This document shows positions 20,242 through 35,200 of a stretch of 64,000 nucleotides of DNA, one piece after another. The position numbers were made by a program, and so were the translations under genes. Under the pieces are notes generated by a model. That model did not search any database. It was not told where the DNA came from and saw nothing but the letters and a program-made list of their open reading frames with translations. Each line of letters opens with the position of its first letter. Positions within the stretch are counted from its first letter, which is position 1. The stretch spans positions 3,444-67,443 of the forward strand of contig CAZWNC010000002.1 of the NCBI GenBank assembly GCA_964635195.1, written 5' to 3'. The DNA comes from an uncultured Candidatus Saccharibacteria bacterium (GTDB lineage Bacteria; Patescibacteriota; Minisyncoccia; Phycocordibacterales; UBA12088).

Positions 20242-23200
20242 CTAATCTCCTACCGCATAGAATGTTGTCTGCCCCCGATGTGTTGCTCCCGAAACACCGG
20301 TTGTAGGAATATAAATGCCCCAATACAACACGTCCGTCACCGGTGTTTCCGCCGCCATCGCCTTGGGCAGGTCAACCTCAAGCGTACTAGCGGTTCCTGA
20401 AAGTGCGCCACAAATGACACACGCGGAGTACGTAAATGAGGACGTGGAGAACTTTTGGTTGCCCACAGGAATGGTCGAGGCACCGCTTGTAAGATCCGTA
20501 CCCTCAAGCTCGAGATCGACCGCTATATTACCGGTATTCTGAATGGTCGAAGATGCGTTTGTTTGTGCCGTAGTGCTTGCACCCATCTCAAGCGCCCCAT
20601 ACGCAATATCACCACTCACAACTGACATGGCGAGCATGCTCCCCACCTCCGCACCGTCCGAGGTCGAACTTGCCTCATTCAAGGTATCGTCCATTATGAA
20701 CAGCCTCGCTTCCCATGTCTCAGCACTATAGTCTCCCCAATCGGTTGGATCGGCAAAGTACTGTATGTCTGCGGTGCAGGTCACTTCACACGTCGTACCT
20801 GAAGGTGCACACGTGAGCGGACACTCGAGTGAGTTTAGCTGGTAGCAATTATTTGGATTTGCAGCACAATCCGGACCGACGTCGGTTCTGTAGAAGGTCG
20901 AGGTGGCATAGAGAAGTGTTTCGCCTCCATTCAAATCAGACACGGTACCTGTTGCCACGATGGATGTCGTTTCACCCTCCATAAGCACGATCGGATTCGG
21001 ATCCATGACCGTCGAACCGTTGAATACCCATTCATTGATTTGTGGCCCATAATTTGCCGTCACTTCTGCAAGTGTCTGGTAGGAGTCAAGCTCAGAATCA
21101 CCATCAGAAACGCGCATGCAGTACGCATTGGATATGGCGTCTGCCGTCAACTCGACCGCGTACTCCACCTCGGTCGTGTATCCTTGCGGTAGAGTGGTCG
21201 AGGCGGTTTGATTACTATCGGCTTCAATGAGACGGCCGGCTGTGAACGGGAGGAGCGTAGTCGGTACCAAAAGCGCCTGTGTCTGACCTTGATCGACGTA
21301 CCCGGACGTTGTGGTCATACACACGGGACTGTCACTTCCCGCACATGCCGCCGACGTACCCGGTACAGTATCGAAGTTGACCGAGGGTACCGCATTACAG
21401 GTACCATACCCTGTCTTGTCCGCATACTGCAGTCGCCACTCTTTTCCCCATTCCTGTGGTCCGGAATTTTCTATGGAGAATCGTACCCGGAATGGTTGTC
21501 CCTGATCCACGGTCACTGAAGTATCCTGGGCCGCTTTCCAACTGGCACCCCCTTTCTCTTGCTCAAGCCCAACCCACACGGTGGGCTCATTCGCAAGGTA
21601 CGGTCGCGCCGTATAAAAATCCCAAGCTCCGTGTTGTGTCCAAAAGGAGAAGCCGGAACCACCTGCCGAAGTGTGCGAGAGATCACTTGCCGTTGTTGTT
21701 GCAAAGAGAGCGCCGACACTGTCGTACACCGATGCGTACAGTGTGCCACCGGAAAGCCAGTCCACCTCGACGGTATACCAACCACTAGTCCACGTGACCG
21801 TCGTACTTGCGAGGGTGAGTGCTGCCGTGGCGCGATTGGTCACATCTTCCGCGATTACCAATCGATCAGATGGATACTGTGTCAAACATACCGCGTAATT
21901 GGAGCCAGACCCACCGACTCCAAAGAGTGTACAGGGTTGATCCTCATAATTCTCATCCACATACTGCAAAAAACGAATGGTACTCCCTGGACCGAAGGTG
22001 GTCGTCGTTTGATACAGTCCACCGGTGGTAAAGTTTTCCTCTTGTCCCGATGCGGCATGGAGCGTGTATGCACCTTCGCCACCACTCTCCGCAATCGCAT
22101 CAAACTGAGTTGTGTTGCCGGTGTACCCTGTAAGGTCGTCATCCTCAAAATCATCAAAGAACGTAAACGTGTTCGAACCGCTTTCGGCATTTGCGGCGAA
22201 ATCATTGTCATAGTACAGGTATATGAATCCCGTATCGTTTGCCGAAACACTCGGAATCTTAACCCAAACCGTCGCGGTTGCTGCGGTATATGATTCGATG
22301 AAGTGCGGAAGTGAGGTGGTGCCGGAGTTATCGGTGAAGCGCAAGTCATTCCAACTCGTTTGCATGTCACCAACTTCGTACGCAACCTCAAATCGTACTG
22401 CGGTGTTTGTAAGTGCACCCGCGTTTGGATTCGTCACGTGCACGCGCTTGCGTTTATTCCAGTTGGAATCGTACCATTCACTATCGGGTGCCCCGTCCGT
22501 ACCATCATCATTCCTAAATCTGAAATGTGTCTGCGAAAACTCAAGACACGTGCTGTCGTCCCAACGAATGGAACCACAGGCATCGATACCATCATCATCA
22601 TATGCTTCACCATCTATTTCACCCATATGGTTTCGAAAATCCCAGAAATTCGCATTAGTCGACGTGCCGTTTCGTTTAATGTTCGCTACTCCTGAAACGC
22701 CCGTCGTAGTACCGAACCGTACGCTGGCGATTACCTTGGTCGGATTTTGATCGATGGTGGTCGAGGCGACCTGCAAAAGGTACCCACCGGATTCCGCCCG
22801 CTCAAAATCACCATACGAGAGTGAGGTCACGGTAAGTGCATTGGTCAGCACAAGGCCTGACGCATTTAGATTGCGGAACGAATAGTACTGGGCATTCAAG
22901 GTACCACCCGACTTAGCAAACGCGTAGGTACCCGTTCCTGCAACCGCAATCGTCGTGGTAGCCGACTCGGTACCGACAATTTCGAGTGTCCCTCCCGTAA
23001 ACGACAGTGATGAACTTGACGCGATGCGTACGTCCACCTGTCGCGACCCACCAATCGGTGCCCCTCCCTCAAAGTCGGTTGCATAGCTCCAGTAATCACT
23101 GCCGGTACTCCTTACGTACTCACCCCAGATAAACAGATCTCCGCTCGTGCCACCATGATCCATTGAATAGAGCGAGCCTGTCGAGGGCACCGTTGTGGTT

Positions 23201-26200
23201 GCAGCGGCACTATCCCACATGCGCACATCCGTATTCGCACCGAGAGTAAGGTACGCGTAGGTATCCCCACCCGTATTTCTCGTGTTTACCGTATAAGCGG
23301 TACCGGATGCGTTGAGGTACAGGGTACTGTTAGTCCAATCCGTCGTAGTGCTTGCAAACGCATTTTCAAAGACTCCACCCACTTCAAGCATGGTAGAACT
23401 TGCTAGTGTGAAAGATGCTCCTTGTTGCAAGCGCCACATGCCACTCGTGGTCGCACTGCCGGTCACTGTCCAGCCACCACCAACGCCTCGCAATACCACA
23501 TTCGAGAACAGTGAGCTGCTTGCCGTGATTGTCTGTCCGGTCGTGGTGGCATAGAGGTATAGGAGTCCCGCATTACTATTGAACGTGCCGGTATTCACGA
23601 ACGATCCACCGACCGCGAAGGTACCGGCAGGTGCGGTCAAGCCACCGGAAGAAATCGTCGTAGTGCCGGTGGTGGTTGCGTGGGTATCTGCAAACGCCCA
23701 TGAACCGGTACCTGCGATAGCGAGATGCCGAGCCGCTGACGCGCCAAAACGAAGCGTCTGGGTAGTGAGTGTCCCATACATGCGCAAGGTGCCACTATGG
23801 GAAAATGTTCCGCCTTGCGCACTGAAACCGTTCGCTATCGCAAACGTTCCGGAAGGTAGTGCGACGCTTCCTGCAGTGATCGATACTGAGCCGGTCGACG
23901 TCGCTTGCGTGTCGGTCATGGTATGTGCGCCGGCGCCTGCAAAGGTGAGTGACCCGACCGCATACCCCCCAAAGGCCACTGTTTGTGCCTGTGCGGAACT
24001 GAAGCGAATACTGGTCGAAGCTGCCGACATCGTAGCACTGTTCACAAAGGAACCACCGACCGAGAGGGTCGAGGTGCCGAGTGTGACATTTCCTGCACTG
24101 ATTGTGAAATGACGTGTCGTAGTCGCATCACGATCAGTAAAAGTCCACACACCACCCGACCCGTTGAACGTAAGGTTATTGAACGCACTGCTGTTAGGAC
24201 TCACGAGTTTGCCCGAAGTGGTCGCGGTAAAGGTAACGGTCGACGTGCCTGCGGTAAAGGTTGCCCCCGTGCCGGTAAGCCAGCTCCCGCCTATAGTGAT
24301 TGCCTGCGCCACTGTGGGCGACGATATGTACGACGCATTGTCGCGCAACTCAAGAGTACCATCATACTCAGTACCGGTACCCCCCGAGTTCAGAGTGACA
24401 TCACCGCCCGGAGTAAACGTTTTACCAGTCCACACAATGAGCTTGTGATTTGCAGATACGGTGAGCGTGTCTGAAACACCGTCGTTTGCATCAAAAGGTA
24501 TGTCTGTGTCGTCGCTCGAATCGTATGTTGCCATATGTGCGATTGTAACTGGGTTTACATCTTCATGCCGAACCACCACCCTGTTTTCGTAGAGGTGCAT
24601 GTCGGTAAGCGTGAGGACGGGATCTACCAGCACATGCGCCGCTTTTCCGGCAACACCATCCAGGTACACTGTCACAACCGAGACCGGCATGGAAATGTTT
24701 GTAAAGGAATATGCGCCGGTTCCGGGAGCACACGACGTAGTCTGTGGACTTACACCATCGAGCACCAACGTAACGACCGATGCGCCGGTGCAAAGACTTG
24801 ATACTGAGCCGGACTCATTACTGTAGACATTGCCGGATATGGTTATCTGCGAATTACTATCATCCCAGATAAGGTATCCGGGGTCTGGATCAGGAGCTGA
24901 GTCGCCGTCATGCATTTCTCCGTAGTAGTTGCCCAGCGCGGGAGTAAAGCGCCAGAAGCTGGTGCTCACGCCGGTTGTGGAGGCGTTGTACCCCGATGCA
25001 ATACCGGTCGAAGTTGCGAAGGAAATACGATCCCACCGTTTGATAGGGTTTGCAGAGATCACCGACCCCGCGACCGTCAGCATAGTACCGCCTTGTATGG
25101 AGAGTTCGAGATCGCCGTCCGAAAGCTGACTCACTGTTGGGCTTCCCGAAAACTCAAGACCTGTGGCGGATATATCACGAATCTTATAGTATTGTGCGTT
25201 GAATGTGCCACCGGTTACCCGAAGCGCATACGTTCCACCACCCTGTGTCGCGATACTTGTTGTCGACATCGTTGACGTACCGACGATGTTCCACGTACCA
25301 CCCGTAAGTGTGGTCGTAGCGTTTGGTGCCAACCGCACCTGTACGGTACGCGGACTTCCACCAAGTGCAGTGCCGTCAAAGTCGGTTTCGTACGACCAGT
25401 ACTCATTGCCACTTGCGCGCACATAGTCACCCCAAATGTACAGCGCACCGTCCTCACCATCATGATCTTGCGAGTACAGTGAGCCGGTACGATCGACCGT
25501 GTACACGGTCGAGGTTGAATTCCACATGTTCACATCGGTGTTCGCACCGACACGAAGTGTCCCATACACATCACCCCCCGCGGTCTTGGTGTTCATTGGG
25601 TATGCGGTGCCACTCTGGAGGTAGAGCGTCGAACCATCCCATGTGGTCGCACCTCCTCCCACTGTGTTCGTAAAGACCCCCTGGACACTGAGTGTGGTAC
25701 CGGAAGTTTGCGTATACGCCGCAGCTGAGGTCAGTAAGAAGTTTCCAGTCGTAGTTGCGCTACCGAGCATAGTCCACCCGCCACCCACGCCATTCAAAGT
25801 AAGATGATGGAACGACGATAGACCCGGGGTGATTGTCTTGCCGGTTTCAGTCGCATTAAAGACCACGCCACCACCGTTACTGGTGAAGGTACCCTGATTC
25901 ACGTACGAACCACCAATCAAAAGGTCATTGGTATTTGCGGCACTATAGGTTGCGTTTGCTCTGATCCACACCATGCCGGATACCGTCAAGAGCGGGTTAG
26001 ATGCCGTTACGTTCACTGTGACAGGGTTCGTACCGTTACCAACGGAAAGTGTCGCCGCGCTTGGTGTACCCCCGGACAACGTATAAGTCGGACTTCCCGC
26101 ACCACTTGGCGCAAGTACCAGATGATGATAGGCAAGTGCCGGAACGGTCATCGCACTCGTGCCGGCAAATGTCGTCGTAGACGTATTTGCGGTAAAGGTG

Positions 26201-29200
26201 CCGGCAACCGAAAGTACCGCACCCGCGCCGTTCAGAGTCCAATTGACCGAGCCTGCGTCAAGTACGTGTGTTGCCGCTACCGTCAGCACCCCTGTCACAA
26301 GCACGTTTCCATTGCCATTTTTCGTCGTCGTATATGCAGTGCCGTCACCCAACGTCAAATTATTGAACGTCCAATCGTTTGCGCCACCAAATGTGCCGCC
26401 CTTACCGACCGTCACAGTGCCCGCAGAAAACGCAAGCGTACCATCGCCCGATAGAGCACCGTTTTGTACATTCAGATTCACAGCACCGGAGACAGTACCG
26501 TCCGACACGGTCATCGCATTTCCAACCGTCGTCGATGACGCGATTGTCCATGCACCGTCCGCACCCGAGAATGTCAGATTGTAAAAACTCGACGAAGGTG
26601 CAACCGTTTTGCCTGTTGTGGTCGCGTTCAACGTGACAGTTGACTGTGCCGCAGTAAAGGTCGCACTTGCGTCGGCAATAAAACTCCCGCCAATGCTGTG
26701 CGACTCACTTCCAACTGCAGTAAATGTACTTCCACTGGCAAGTCGCAGAGTACCGTCATACCCAGCGCCCGAGCCGCCACTCTGAAGTGTGACATTTCCA
26801 CCTGGCGCAAATGTTTTACCAGTCCACACGTGAAGCGAGGTTTCCGGAGAAACGGTGAGCATGCCACTCTCTGCGTCAAATGGTACATCCGCGTGCTGGT
26901 CACTGTCATACGGCATCATGTTCGCGATTGTAAGTGCGTCAACGCTTTCGTGACGAACAATCACTCGATGTTCATACAGATCGAATCCGGTGATGTCAGA
27001 CTGCGGCGAACGTGAGACAACCGCCGCTTTGGTTGTTGTACCAAACACAAACGCAACGAGGGACACGTCTCCGCTATACGTTACATCATTGAAGGTGAAT
27101 GTGCCGGTTCCGGCATCGCAATGCGTGTCATAGGTGGCACCACCCGAAACCACGAGACGAAGCACCTGTGTCGAACCGTTACAGGTCGCCGGTGCGCCAC
27201 CTATACCTTCACCTGCGTACACTGTTCCCGAAACATCGATCGTAAAGCCGGAGTCATCCCATCGCAGTGATCCGGCGCCAACTACAGGGTCTGAGTCGTA
27301 ATCTTCACCATCATAATTGCCGTTGTGATTTCGAAACCACCAGTACGAACTTGCTGTGCCCGACGCTGTAACGTTATACCCTTCCGTGATACCGGTCGAG
27401 GTACTGAACGCAACACGCTGAATTTGAAACATTGGGTTTGCATCGATGGTGGTCGAAGACACGGTGAGCATCGTACTGCTTGCACCGACCGCGGTGAGAG
27501 TATACACACCGTCTGAAAGCGAGGTTACCGTCGAACTTCCAAGTATGGAGAAGCCATGCGTGTCCATGTCGGTCATACTGTAGTACTGCGCCGTAACCGT
27601 ACCGTTCTCGACCGACAAACCGTAGCTCCCCGAACCCTGATTGCTGATTGTGGTCGAAGCACTCGCACCACCCACCACATGAAGTGTCGCATTACTGAAA
27701 CGTGCGGCTGCGCCGGACGCAAAGCGAACGTCGACCTGTCTCGGACTTCCACCGATGCCTGTGCCGTCAAAATCGGTTGCATGCGACCAGTAGTCGGCAC
27801 CGCTCGTACGTTCGTACGTACCATATATATACAAATCGCCATCCTGCGCAGCATGATCTTGGCTGTAGAGTGAGCCGGTTTGTTCAACCACAGCACCGGT
27901 CGAACTCGCTTGCCACATGCGAATATCGGTGTTTGCACCAATGCGCAGGGTACCATACCCTTCGGCATTCTGTGTTTTAGTACCGACTGTGTAACCGGTG
28001 CCCGAATTGAGGTAGAGAGCGGAACCGTCCCAAGTGGTCGCAGACGGCGCACTGTTCGTAAAGGTACCGAGTACCTCGATCGTTACCCCGCTTCCTGCGG
28101 TAAAGCTTGCCGCGTTCGCAATCGTCCACGCACCGGTCGAGGTGGCGTTGCTACTTACTGTCCATCCACCTGAAGCATTGTTAAATGTCACCTGATTGAA
28201 CGCGTTTTGTCCGGGATTGATAGTGTGACCTGTCGCGGACGAGTTGAAAAATACCGCACCGTTCCCATGCGCCCAGGTACCCCCCGTAGTCAGGAAACTA
28301 CCTCCCACCGTGAAGGTGCCGGAAGGAAGTGTCGTTGTGCCTTGCACAAAACGTACGGTGCCACTTGCGGAAAGATTGGTATCGGCGAGCGTGAAGGTGC
28401 CACCCGCACCGTCAAACAGCACTGTGTGAAGGTTCGATCCGTTGGTGCGTATGGTTTCTGCGATATACGACGTAAAACGAAGCGTGCCGCTATTATGCGC
28501 AATGGTACCGCCCGTATTGATGAGCGACTTACCGATTGCAAAAGTCCCCGAAGGCAATGTGAGTGTGCCATTACCCACGCGTACCGTTCCGGATGTGGTT
28601 GCATTGGTGTCTGTCCATGACCAACTGCCCGTACCGGATACCGTAATATTTTGAAGCGGTGATCCGTTCTGATATATCGTTTTTGCGCCGGCACCGGCCA
28701 ACTCTACCGTCCCACCGTTGTGCTGAAGTACGCCACCCGTATTAGTGAGATTCCCCGACACTGTGGTCGTGCCGAGTGCCAGCGTAAGCGTACCGGTTGC
28801 AACGGTAAGTGTATTCCCAATCGTGACCGTCGGTTGTTCGAAGTACCAGTTGCCCCCAACGCCGTTTGCGGTCAGATTCCAAAACGATGAGGCGCCCGGG
28901 TAAATGGGGTTACTTGTCGAGGTTGCGGTGAATGTCACCGTACCCGCACGCGCTCCGAAGCTTCCGTAGTTACGGAAGTATCCGCGCACTTCGAGTGGAT
29001 AGTTCAGTGCAGACACATCGAACGAATTTGCGGTCGCGATCGTAAGATCTGTCAACTTGACCGCACTCTGCAAAGCGACACTTTTTGAACTACCGTTCAC
29101 ATGCACCGCACCGAGATCTTGCTTACTCGCAGTCGAGTCAGTGATAGTGACCGGCGTCGTTGCGCCGTCAAACGTCGTGGTGCCGGTACCCTTCACAAAC

Positions 29201-32200
29201 GTCGTACCGAGTGCAAACGAGAGATTCCCCCCGATTATCATATCTGAAGCTGATACGGAAAGTGTCCCGTATGTCACAGTGAGATTTTTGTTCACATCCA
29301 GCAGACTTGCAAGTGTCCATGTCGCGGTACCGCTCTGTCCAAACGTAAGGGTATTGAACGCGTACTCACTCGCACCCGAGGAGTCAATAGTTTCAAGCGA
29401 GGACGTCGCAGTGAATACGACCGTGCCGTTCCCTGCCGCAAAAATACCGGTATTATTCCAGCTTCCATGTACGTAAAAGGTGTTACTGTCTGCGGTCGTA
29501 GTCCCTCGTATAACGACATCATGCGCATACAGGGTGCCGGAGTTTGCGCTGTCGGGACGATACGTGCTTGAGCTGGCTACATACAGTTTTGTATCGTAGT
29601 ACCCCGCTGAACTGGTGGCGACATATAGGTCGTTCCCCGTGTCAACGTCAAAGAAGAGATCTTCATCACCCGACGACGTGTAGTCGTAGAGGGCTATGTT
29701 TGCATTGCTTGTGGTTGTGGCATCCTGTGACCCGATGGTCAGGTGTCGCTCAAAGAGCTCGACACCCGTCATGTTTCCAAACCCGTCATAACGTGTGACC
29801 GCCGCCGCCTCCTGTGAGTCACCCACCCCGTCTATAAAGACCGTAATCACATCACTCGGGAACATGGTGACGTTTGCGATAGACCACGTTCCGCCTGAAA
29901 TAGTGCCGATTTTCCCGGCCTGAAGCACGCCGTTTACCGCGACACGCACATCACCCCCCGAAGCGACCGGAGTACTCTCGTCATATTGTTTGATAGTCCC
30001 GGAGATAGTGATACCCTCCGACCACGAAATAGTCCAGTCGTGCAAGACGGGGCAATCGCCCGATACACAGACGAAATTCGCGACGTAGCGGATTGTGCCG
30101 TACGTTGCATACGAAACGTTTGTAAGGTCGATACGGTTACTCGTCGTCCCCACCCCATTGCCGGGAAGCGCTTCGTCGGGAATGAGCGCCCATGTCTCAC
30201 CTGCATCGTTCGAGTATTCGATTTGATACAATATATATCCATCGTCAGTGGTGTCGGTCGAACTGGCAATACCCCACCGCGGGCCGGTGCCGTCAGTAAA
30301 TACAACAGGATCTGAAACTATGGAGCCGGACGTGTAGGCGGTATAGCGACGCGCCACCAGGTGGAGTGGCTCTCGACGCACAGCCTGCGTATTACCATCA
30401 CTCTCGAGCTGTTGCGCTACCGACCATTGTGCACCATTCCAGTAGGAGAAGAAGTAATCGTCCGCATCATCGTCGTAGTACAACCCAAGAATGTTTCCAT
30501 CGCCGGTCCGAGCAGTGAAGGCGCTATACGCCTCACCAAGCGTACTCACGTTTTGCGCAATTGTCACCGGTGTCGTCCGATCAAGCACGCGATACTGCTC
30601 GGTCGTCACCACCCCATCACCGTACGTGAAGAGTACATTGCCTTCACGGCCGGCCGTAGTCTCGTACTGACACGACACTTGATTGTTGATCTCATTTACG
30701 CCATCCACCTCCAGCTCAGTCGACGCGCCCCATGCATTCGTCGTGCCATCCCATTCGGCATAGCCAATGTCGGTATCTTCATCGGTATACACGACCGTGA
30801 TACGATCCGTTCCAAGGTCGCGACACATCGACGCTTTGTTGTGATCATTACCGATCGCGGTCGTCGTCGTTGCTTGCCATGACCCGTTCCAGCGCTTAGA
30901 AGCAAAGTTATTGTTGGTACCATTACTAAAGACAATCACCGCATCGGTACCAGAATCTTCATACATAACCGCCATACCCTCGTCGGTCGCTGCACCGGCG
31001 TTTCCGACCAAGGTCGAGTTGCTCCACGTACCACTTCCATTCCACACCTGCGCTTCATAATCTGCGGTGCCAGCATTGTTGAAACGCGCCATCAAAATAA
31101 TCTCGTTTGAGTCCGTGTCTGCTGCGAGCTGTATCCATTCACAGTTTTGTGCAATGGTAAGATTGATCGTACTCGTACCACTCCAGTCCGTACCATCCCA
31201 CGTACGATACACGGCATCCTGCCCGCTACACGCGACAACCATCGCCCGCCCCGAAAGACTTTCGTATGTAATATCGTACCCTCGATATGCCACATTCGAA
31301 ACGGTTGGCACCATTGTCACCAGGTCAGACCAACTTGCAGTATCACCGTCATACACTTGCGCCACCACCTTCCCCGAAGCACCCTCGGTCGCCATGAGGT
31401 ACTCATTTCGAGTCGGCGCGGCGTCGACCCGCACCCAATCAATACGTTCACTCACGTTCTGGGCGCTTTTTTCCGTCCCCCACGCTTGTCCGTTCCAAAT
31501 ACGGTAGCGGGGTGTTTGGATGTTACCCTCCACGTATGCCGTCATCGCTTCGCGAATCGTTGAGGTGATACGAACCTCATCAGACCCATAGGTTTCCGTA
31601 CTGTTGAGTAGCGCGGTGTCGAACTGCTCGTCAGTGGTCTGATACCATGTCGAAACGAGTACCGATGTGTCCACCGTAAAGCTCCTCACCGGTGAATACA
31701 CACTCCACGCATCACCTCCCCCTATATCGGAATCGATTGCACGCACGCGCCACCAGTATGTTGCACCATTCGTAAGCGCGTCTGCGCTTTGTATCGTAAA
31801 CTGAATCGTGTCTCCTTCAACAAATTGTGAGGTATCGGTTGAGCTTGCGGTATTCACAAACCCGGCATGCACCCCCGACCTGCGCGTAGTTGACGCGGCA
31901 AAGTCAGGCGTCGACGACCACTGAAACTCATACTGCAAATTATCACCCTGCGGGTCGGTGGAGTAGAATGTGAACGACGGTGTCGTCGTGCCGACCTTTT
32001 CATTGTCGAACAGGGTATCGAGTGTTGGTTGCTCTACTGCAAGACCCCACGAAATAGTCCAGCTATTGAGGCGCGGTTTCGCTCCTCCGAGGTCTCGAAA
32101 ATTTGCCCGCACCCGTATTTTGCTATACACACTTGGATCAAGCGACAAGAGCGATATCGGTTGCGTCACATCATGTCCGGCTACGTTGTCCGGCAATGCT

Positions 32201-35200
32201 GAGTCCGGTATGAGTGCCCACGCACCGGTCGCTTCCGTATAGTATTCGAGATGATACTTGATATCGCCGGCATTTTCAGCATCAGCCCAATCGAGTGTTC
32301 CCCATGCATTACCGGTCGTCCGCCAATCAAAGTCGATCATGGGACTCGTGCTGGTGCCCTCGGTCAAGGGTGGCGTGAGCACGATATCGTTCGTCGACGT
32401 CGCCTCGGTCGATTCGAGATCGTCCTGCTCAAATTGCTCAAAGGTGGTCTGGTGCCAGGTAGAAATAGTGATAGACGAGCTCGCGGTAAAGCTCCACGGG
32501 AGAGACCATTCACCCCACTCACCACTGCCGTTGGTATCCTTTGCTCGCACACGCCACCAGTAGGTACCGTCCGCAAGCGACGTCGTGGGGACAAAACGCA
32601 CGGTTTCCCCGCTATTAAACGGCGCGAGGTCGTTGGTTGATATGATATTTTTAAACTCACTGTTATCGTTTTCACTCGTACTCTCTATCTCCTGCGATCC
32701 AAACGTATAGTCATCGTCAACCTCGATTTGATAATCAAGTACGTCCCCCTTGCCGTCTTCCGCCACAAAAGTAAACCAGGGGGAGGACGAAGCAAGCGCT
32801 TCGTAGGTAAAGGGTGTCGCGAGTGTCGGTGCAACGGGTGGTGCATTGGTAACAAGTTGCGGGTACCGATCGTAGTCGTTCAGTGTCGTACCGTCAGCAT
32901 TGACGAGGCGGAAACAGTAGTTGGTGCTGGAGGTTGCGTTGTGTTGGAGCACAAAATCAAGCTCGGCCTCTTCACCATCAGCAATCGCGCTTGTGTTCGT
33001 CGCGGTATTATTCTCTTCCTCGTACGACAAAAGCACATCAGTGGTCGAGAGGGTGGTGGTCGAGAGGGTGGTGCCATCTGCAGGCGCGTTGTTATACCCC
33101 CGCCAAGGCTCACTACTCCCTATCGCACCAACCTGTTGCCAGGAAAGTGACGCCGAACACTGCGCACCCTCCGCCCACTGCAGTGACCACATCGCAGTAG
33201 TGGCGGCAAGCGTTACGTTGGTGTCCTCAATCGCTAGACGAAGCCGCAACACCTCGCCACTGCTCGGAGCATGACTTGCACCTATTGCTTCATCCTCGAT
33301 CAGATTGTACGCACCGGATGGGTACGCATCGGTCGGCGTGATACCGCTGGTATTTGCAAACCACTTGTAATGCGTCTGCGTGAGGTACGGCTGCCGCTCC
33401 CATGATATTGTCCAATCGTCCAACGTCGGTGACTCGTTTGTATTTGACGTGAGTGTCGCTTTGAGACAGAGTCGATTGTAATCAGTGGTGGTTGCGATTC
33501 CGGAAAGATCCAGTGGGGACGAGGTTGCCGCAAAACCATCTTCATTACCGGGAAGCACGCCGTTCGGTACCACCGCGGTACAGGTGGATGATGCGGCGGC
33601 AGCCCACAGTACCTGCACCTCAACGCTCGTATTACTTGGCTCGGTTGCACTCCACAGCGCTTCACCCCATGACGACTGTCCAACGACGAGGTCGAAATCA
33701 ACGATCGGAGACACGATATTTCCTACTGACGCTTGGTACCGTTGCGGTGCGAGTGCGATCGGCTCCGCATAGGGTGATGTATCATCCGGCATCGAGGTTT
33801 CAAGTGTCTCACGCGAAGACCACCCGCTCCCGTTCCAATAGGAGAAGTCGAAGCGATCATTCGTATCATCCCGAAAAACCGCAAGGATTTTGCCGTCACC
33901 GGTCCGCACTGAACCGGCAGTCCACGAGTCCTCAATCGTCGTGATGCTTTGCTCGGTAGCAGCAAAACTTGAGCCCGTCCACACACGATAGCGTGCGTTC
34001 GTTTCATCACTGTACGGTATCATCAGGTAGCCATCACGGCCGGTCGTCGTTTCGTACTGGCAAGAAATCGGTCGTGCATGATAGGTCGCACTTCCTTTTC
34101 CATCGTTGTCGACCTGTGTCGTACCCGCCACATACGTATCCCATGCATTTGTCGCACCGTTCCAATACGCAATCTGCACCTGCGCATCTTCGTCGATATA
34201 ACACAGTCCAAGGTTGTTGGTACCATCATCCGCCACTAGCTCACCCCACTCGAAGTCGTCCTGAGTATTGCGACTGGTATACGCAGTCCACGTTTCCGCC
34301 GCACTGTTCCACACTGCACCCACAATACCGGGTGTTTGCCCACCGCCGTTTCCAAGGGCAACGACGGCTTCTTCACCCGATTCTTCCCACTCAACTGCCA
34401 TACGCTCGAACATCTCCTCACCAAGTGTATTGGCACCACCCGTGTACGAAGTAATGTTCCACTTCGTTGTTTCATCCCTATAGACTTGCACCTCGAAATC
34501 AGATGTCGTGTTCGCGGAATCCGCCTGTGCCACCATTACGATTTCGTCAGAACTCGGGCTTGCCGCAAGCTTGATCCAGCTGCAGGGTGCGTTGAACTGC
34601 AAATCGATGGTCGAAGTGGCCGACCAATTGGTGCCGTTCCACACCGAGTAACTTGCCTCATAGTTGGTACCGGAATTGTAACAAAAGACCGCAACCGCGT
34701 TGCCGGACAACGATTGATACGCGATATCGAAACCGCGACGATCGATACTCGTCTGATTCGGATTAAGCTCGGTTGCAGTACTCCATGTTCCCGCTGTGCC
34801 ATTGTACACCTGTACATTGACATCACTGTTCACATCCTGTGTCCCCAGCACATACTCATTGCGAGTAGGCGATGACTCGAGCACCGTCCAGCTGATCCGC
34901 CCACCCACGTCCTGCGCAGAGCCCTCGCTCGACCACGCAGTCCCGCTCCATGTGCGATACCGTGGCGTGGTACCCGCGCCCTCGCCGTACGCGACCATTG
35001 CACCGACAGGCGGTGTGGTTGCGATACGCACCTTGTTTTCGCCGTAGGTTTCAGTACTTATAAGTGTCCCATCGTCAAACTGCGCATCTTCGCTCTGATA
35101 CCACGCCTTCGGGTCGGTACCGGAGACGTACGTAAAGCTCTGCACCGCTGACCACTCACCAAAACTGTTTGAACCGCTCGTATCCTTGGCACGTACCCGC

